Source: Candidatus Latescibacterota bacterium (GTDB lineage Bacteria; Latescibacterota; UBA2968). From it: DNA of 64,000 bases. Positions 59,292-64,000 of the stretch are shown here, one piece after another. The stretch's first letter is position 1; each line of letters opens with the position of its first letter. The stretch is taken from positions 1,632,001 to 1,696,000 of the forward strand of contig OZ240241.1 in NCBI GenBank assembly GCA_965198115.1, given 5' to 3'. Below the pieces are notes generated by a model. The model searched no databases. It was not told where the DNA came from and was given only the letters and a program-made list of their open reading frames with translations. A program made the translations under genes and the position numbers.

Positions 59292-60357
59292 GATCGATAT
59301 CGACGTGTCGTTTCTGCTCGCTCGATTGGTAGGCCGCCTCGACGACTTTGCCGACTTCCAGCGCGTCCGCGCCGGAGGCAGGTGGCGATCCATCGGTCAG
59401 AGCAGCTTGGATGAAGTCATCCAGGAAGGCAACCCCGTAGACACCACCATATGCGTCGTTTTCCGCGAGTGTGTATTCGAAGGTCTTCAGCGGGGTCGAC
59501 TGCCAGGCCGGTGCCACACTCGTGAGCTCCAGACGGGGCGGCTCATTCGAAGGCCGCCACACGAGTTGACCTTCACTCCCCCGAATCGCGACATATGAAT
59601 CGTAGCTCGGGCCCATGTAGCCCGCCCCACTGATCGACAGCTGGTATCCGGCCTGGAGGCTCCCGATGACACCGGTCGAGAATCGCACGGACACCGATGC
59701 GACATCCTCCACGTCGATCGCTTCCCCGCTGACCGTGTCGACCATCGCGCTCACGGACACGATTTCGTCATCCAGCAGGTAGCGCAACAGATCCACGTAA
59801 TGACACCCCAACCACGACAGGATGCCGCCCCCGGAAACCGACCGATCGAACAGCCAGTGGGTGGGGTCCCTGAACTGGACCTGCGAGGTGACCATGCGTG
59901 CCTCGCACGTCGTGATACGACCCAGGGCACCGTCTCGAATCAGCTTCCGGGCGTCTCGCGAAATAGGATGATACCGGTTCTGATACATCACCCCGAGCGT
60001 CCGCACCCCTTCCCGTGCGATTCGGACGACCTCACGCACCGACCCGCTGGTCGGTCCGATCGGTTTTTCGCTGAGGACGTGCGTGCCCCCGCTCAGCATT
60101 CTGCCACAGACCTCCGCGTTCACGTCATTCGGCATGCAGGCGACGCCGATCGGGCACGCCTCGCCCAGGATACCGTCCACATCGCTGAAGCCACGGACGA
60201 CCTTTTCGCACGTCGATTGCGCCTCATCGAGCGCCCGGGCGTCTTCATCGTAGACAACGACCTCGTCCACACGGTCGCTGTGAGAAAGGGTTCGCAGATG
60301 AGCGGCCGAATGCGGGTGCCTCAACCCGAAAAAGGCCACTTTGGTGCCATCGCTCAC
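59284..60357 (-). CDS. Gfo/Idh/MocA-family oxidoreductase
   Basis: HVLSEKP, GGGIL..LGCHYVD, VEDVA and EAAYQS. Confidence 0.92.
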   Translation of the reverse strand: MSDGTKVAFFGLRHPHSAAHLRTLSHSDRVDEVVVYDEDARALDEAQSTCEKVVRGFSDVDGILGEACPIGVACMPNDVNAEVCGRMLSGGTHVLSEKPIGPTSGSVREVVRIAREGVRTLGVMYQNRYHPISRDARKLIRDGALGRITTCEARMVTSQVQFRDPTHWLFDRSVSGGGILSWLGCHYVDLLRYLLDDEIVSVSAMVDTVSGEAIDVEDVASVSVRFSTGVIGSLQAGYQLSISGAGYMGPSYDSYVAIRGSEGQLVWRPSNEPPRLELTSVAPAWQSTPLKTFEYTLAENDAYGGVYGVAFLDDFIQAALTDGSPPASGADALEVGKVVEAAYQSSEQKRHVDIDRE

Positions 60358-61769
60358 GGATCACCCTCCTTGAAATAGGGCTCGTCATCAACCGCCAGTT
60401 GTAGTGTCCTGAGCTCCCTTCGAAGAGACGCGACCGTGGTCGCATACTCGGGATCCTCGTAGACGTTGTTGAGTTCATAGGGATCCTTGTTCAAGTCGAA
60501 CAACTCCCATTCTGGCGTCTTGGTCTCATCGACCGTCCCGGGCTGGCCCAACGCATCCGCGTAGTAGTAGATCAACTTGTGATCGTGCGTTCGGATCCCG
60601 TAGTGTGCGTAGACGTGGTGCTGTGACAGATGCATCCAGTAGCGGTAATACATCGACGATCGCCATCCCTCGGGCGCCTCCCCCTCCAGAATAGATCTGA
60701 AGCTGCGACCCTGGAAGTAATCGGGTACCGCGACTTCGGCGTAGTCCAGGAAGGTGGCAGGAAAGTCGACATTCAGAGCCATGTCATTGCTCACGCGGCC
60801 GGGGGGGATCTCGCGCGGATACCGAGCGATGAACGGCATCCGCAAGGATTCCTCATACATAAACCGCTTGTCATACCACCCGTGGTCACCCAGGAAGAAA
60901 CCCTGGTCGGACGTGTAGACAACCAGTGTGTCGTCGGCGATCTCTTCGGACTCTAGGTAGTCGAGGACGCGACCGACGTTGTCGTCGATGCTGGCCACGC
61001 AGCGGAGGTAGTCCTTGATGTAGCGTTGATACTTCCAACGCTTCTCCTCATCGGGAGACAGGCCTTCCGGCGTCGGGCCTTTTAGATCGCGCTCGATGAG
61101 GTCGCGGTCCACCCTCATTCTGGCCTCTTTCGCCGCCGAAGCTCTGTTTTCGTAATCGTCCCAGAACGTCTTCGGCTCCGGAATGTCCACGCCGTCGTAC
61201 ATCGTAGCGTGTTTCTCGTCGGGCTCCCACCAACGATGCGGCGCCTTGTGATGAAGCATCAGGAAAAACGGCCGATCGCGATCCCGGTTGTCGAGCCACG
61301 CGAGCGACAGGTCGGTGATGATGTCTGTCACGTATCCATCGAGTCGCCGCGACGTTCCCATCTTGCTCATCTCCGGGTTGTGGTAGTCGCCTTGCCCGGG
61401 AAGAACGTCCCAGTAGTCGAATCCCGTCGGGTCGTGGTGTCCACCGTGACCCAGATGCCACTTCCCGACGATTGCCGTCTGATAGCCGCCCGCACGCAAG
61501 AGTTTGGCGACGTTCTCCTGACGCCCGTCGAGTTTTGCTCCCAGAGTCGTCACGCCGTTCACGTGGTTGTAGGTACCTGTCAGGATGGTCGCGCGGCTCG
61601 GCGTGCAGATGGAATTCGTACAGAAGCAGTTGTCGAATCTCACACCCGACTTCGCGATCCTGTCCAGGTTGGGGGTCTCGTTGATTCGGCTCCCGTAACA
61701 ACTCATGGCATGAGATGCGTGGTCGTCCGACATGATGAACAGGATATTCGGTCTATCAGCCACGATCAT
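60354..61769 (-). CDS. Sulfatase (Cys-type formylglycine motif)
   Basis: RPNILFIMSDDH, CTPSRATILTG, GKWHLG, HKAPHR and SDQGFFLGDHGWYDKR. Confidence 0.95.
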   Translation of the reverse strand: MIVADRPNILFIMSDDHASHAMSCYGSRINETPNLDRIAKSGVRFDNCFCTNSICTPSRATILTGTYNHVNGVTTLGAKLDGRQENVAKLLRAGGYQTAIVGKWHLGHGGHHDPTGFDYWDVLPGQGDYHNPEMSKMGTSRRLDGYVTDIITDLSLAWLDNRDRDRPFFLMLHHKAPHRWWEPDEKHATMYDGVDIPEPKTFWDDYENRASAAKEARMRVDRDLIERDLKGPTPEGLSPDEEKRWKYQRYIKDYLRCVASIDDNVGRVLDYLESEEIADDTLVVYTSDQGFFLGDHGWYDKRFMYEESLRMPFIARYPREIPPGRVSNDMALNVDFPATFLDYAEVAVPDYFQGRSFRSILEGEAPEGWRSSMYYRYWMHLSQHHVYAHYGIRTHDHKLIYYYADALGQPGTVDETKTPEWELFDLNKDPYELNNVYEDPEYATTVASLRRELRTLQLAVDDEPYFKEGDP

Positions 61770-62599
61770 CTCCCTTGCTGCAGCTCTGCCCCACAACACC
61801 GGCAGTAGACAGCGTCGGCGTGATGTCCTTCCGCTGAGCAAGACGGACAGGCCTGCGTCGAGACCGTGATGTTCGACCGTGTCATCTCCGCAGTCACGAT
61901 GCCCGTCGGTACGGCGATGATGCTATATCCGAATATCATAATGACCGCCGCAATCGATTGGCCCAACCCGGTACGGGGCGAAATGTCACCGTAGCCGACT
62001 GTCGTCAGTGTGACGATCGCCCAGTAGATGCTCCTCGGAATGCTCGTGAACCCGTTCTCGGCACCCTCGATCACATACATGGCCGATCCGAAAATCACGA
62101 CGATCGTCGCCACCGTGAACAGGAAAACCGTGATTTTCCTCCGGCTCGCCTGCAGGGCCGCCCCGAGGTGCTCCGCCTCCCCCACGTATTGAACGAGCTT
62201 CAGAATCCTGAAAACCCTCACCAGCCGGAGCGCGCGGATGACCCTGAAATACTGGGTCCCCGGCAACAGCACGCTCAAGTAGGTGGGTACCACGGCCAGC
62301 AGGTCTACAATCCCGTAGAAGCTCCGGGCATAGCCGAGGGGTCGTCGGACGGCGAACAGCCGGAGAATGTACTCGATCGTAAAGAGAATTGTAAAACCCC
62401 ACTCGAGTCTCAAGAGCAACGGTCCGTGAACCCGACGGATCGATGAGACGCTGTCCACCATGGCTACTGCGATGCTGCCCAGAATGCAAAGGATGAGCAC
62501 GATGTCGAAAATCTTGCCCGCGCGAGTATCCGCCTCGAAGATCACTTCGTGGAGGATCGCCCTCACGTTCGATTCCGGTCTTGCTCTGGATTCGCTCAC
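61766..62599 (-). CDS. Voltage-gated potassium channel-like ion transporter
   Basis: S4 segment RVIRALRLVRVFRILKL, selectivity filter TTVGYGD and C-terminal CPSC...C..C. Confidence 0.93.
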   Translation of the reverse strand: MSESRARPESNVRAILHEVIFEADTRAGKIFDIVLILCILGSIAVAMVDSVSSIRRVHGPLLLRLEWGFTILFTIEYILRLFAVRRPLGYARSFYGIVDLLAVVPTYLSVLLPGTQYFRVIRALRLVRVFRILKLVQYVGEAEHLGAALQASRRKITVFLFTVATIVVIFGSAMYVIEGAENGFTSIPRSIYWAIVTLTTVGYGDISPRTGLGQSIAAVIMIFGYSIIAVPTGIVTAEMTRSNITVSTQACPSCSAEGHHADAVYCRCCGAELQQGR

Positions 62600-62608
62600 T
62601 GGAAACCG

Positions 62609-63694
62609 TCAGACGCTGATAAAGTGGTAGATCGATGGGTGAAGACCGCGGAGATGAATCGGGTAGCGCCGAGCCAGTCGGAAAGGGAGATTTCCTGCCT
62701 CGGCACGGGCTTCGACCTCACGATCTCGGTCCGTAACGACGACAAGGCGGCCCTCGGGCTTCAGAGCCGGTTGGCACACGCGCATCAAGTCGGGCAGGTC
62801 GAACACGTCACGCCGTGTGAGGTCGGCCACCACACAGTCGACGGCCTCACCCCGGCACGGAAGATGCCGCCCGTCCCAGATGGACGTTGCCAGACTCAGT
62901 CCGGCGGCTGCCGAATTGATCGCAGCCGCCCGAACACAGGCCTCGTGCGTATCCAAAGCGGTCAGGGTGATAGCCTGGAGCAGGCCTGCTTCGATTAAAG
63001 ACCCACCCCCGCGACATACGGGATCGAGCCATCTCTCGCCAGCACGCGGCTGTCCGATCAGGGCGACCGCAGCGGCAACCGGCGACGGCAACTCGCCCCC
63101 TACGAGAGCGTGTGTGTGATCACGAACACCTGGCGTCGCCAGACGGAGACCGACTCGAGCGCGTCGCCTTTCGATCGAAACGTGGATCGTGTAGGGACCG
63201 GATTGCTCCCCGGCGTCGAGATCGTACTGTGCTGCTAGAACGGTCAGGAGGACTTGCTGCAGCTCCCCCGCGGAAAAGCGATGCCCGCGCCCCACTGTGC
63301 AAGTTACTCGCACACCCGGATTTCGCGGAGGGCCGTTCAGCACATCGAAGAGGGCGACCGACGGTATGATGTCCATCCTGGCGAGCGCGTCGGCAACGCG
63401 AAGCATGCCGGGCCGCCCGACGGTGACGTCCTCAACTTTCCCCAGATCGGCGAAGATGGCGCTCACGGTCCGCAGATCCAAAAGACGTCGGGGCGATCGC
63501 TCGAACCGAAAGTGGACGCGACTCTGCCGTCTCCGACGATCGATACGTAGATCGCGCACGCCCTTCAGCGAGCGAAGCTCCTTCTCCGTAAACCCGTCGA
63601 GTCCGCCGGGCGCCGTCGCGAAAAAGTCGTAGACCTTTTCGATCTCCGAGGGGCGGGCCGGCTCGATGCCCAGAATGTCCGCGAAGTCGTTCAC
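62609..63694 (-). CDS. THUMP-domain RNA methyltransferase-like protein (degenerate)
   Basis: FFATAPGGL N-terminus, THUMP-like middle, WLDPVCRGGGSLIEA motif I-like; NPPY motif absent. Confidence 0.6.
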   Translation of the reverse strand: MNDFADILGIEPARPSEIEKVYDFFATAPGGLDGFTEKELRSLKGVRDLRIDRRRRQSRVHFRFERSPRRLLDLRTVSAIFADLGKVEDVTVGRPGMLRVADALARMDIIPSVALFDVLNGPPRNPGVRVTCTVGRGHRFSAGELQQVLLTVLAAQYDLDAGEQSGPYTIHVSIERRRARVGLRLATPGVRDHTHALVGGELPSPVAAAVALIGQPRAGERWLDPVCRGGGSLIEAGLLQAITLTALDTHEACVRAAAINSAAAGLSLATSIWDGRHLPCRGEAVDCVVADLTRRDVFDLPDLMRVCQPALKPEGRLVVVTDRDREVEARAEAGNLPFRLARRYPIHLRGLHPSIYHFISV

Positions 63695-64000
63695 TTACCG
63701 CTTCTGAATCCGCCCATCGACCACACCCCTCAGGCTGGGCGCCGTCCTGATGGCCTTGGCCAGCGCATCTCGAACCTGGACGCCCGTCGCCCGAACACGC
63801 GCCGGGATCGCAACCTTGGTCTCGACGGCCACGGTATAGTCTTTCCGGTCCTCCACGGGGGTCCCCCCGATCAGAACATCGACGAGTTGCCCTACCCCCT
63901 GTGGAACCTGCTCGTAGACCACGACCGCGCCCGAGGGGTAGAACATCAGTTCGCCGATTTCCGACAGGCTCAGGAGATCGCGAACCTGGCCCCCCTTCAA
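63695..64000 (-). CDS. C-terminal fragment of a protein (5'-nucleotidase C-domain-like); 5' end lies outside the window
   Basis: LKGGQVRDLL...SG...IGGTPVEDRKDYTVA...DGRI. Confidence 0.5.
   Translation of the reverse strand: MKGGQVRDLLSLSEIGELMFYPSGAVVVYEQVPQGVGQLVDVLIGGTPVEDRKDYTVAVETKVAIPARVRATGVQVRDALAKAIRTAPSLRGVVDGRIQKR

Overview
A GC-rich bacterial chromosomal window, mostly housekeeping genes: tsaD, an XPB-like helicase, ligA, tRNA-Ala, dusA, lipA, miaB, queG, rny, sodA, panBC, folBK, murD, a sigma-70 factor and dppBCDF. A GWxTD-domain protein, a short Bacteroidetes-type sigma factor and a C-terminal dockerin/EF-hand-like 'DFDGSGxVDFxDF' repeat suggest an FCB-group organism such as Ca. 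Latescibacterota; this is inference only. The most notable items are: (1) a translationally coupled beta-barrel / 14-heme cytochrome / atypical diheme lipoprotein operon that looks like a porin-cytochrome electron conduit, preceded by a leader with two mutually exclusive pairings; (2) a head-to-tail ISL3 dimer with one shared 8-bp target duplication and a 9-bp junction; (3) a cluster of low-complexity proteins ending in a shared GNxLD motif behind sigma-28-like promoters; (4) an Fe-S client and maintenance cluster containing a Cys-depleted IscU and an orphan nuoI; (5) a plant-HPR1-like dehydrogenase; (6) four orphan receiver-domain paralogs. At least six genes carry 1-2 nt frameshifts, probably long-read assembly errors. 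All family assignments come from motif recognition, not from database searches.
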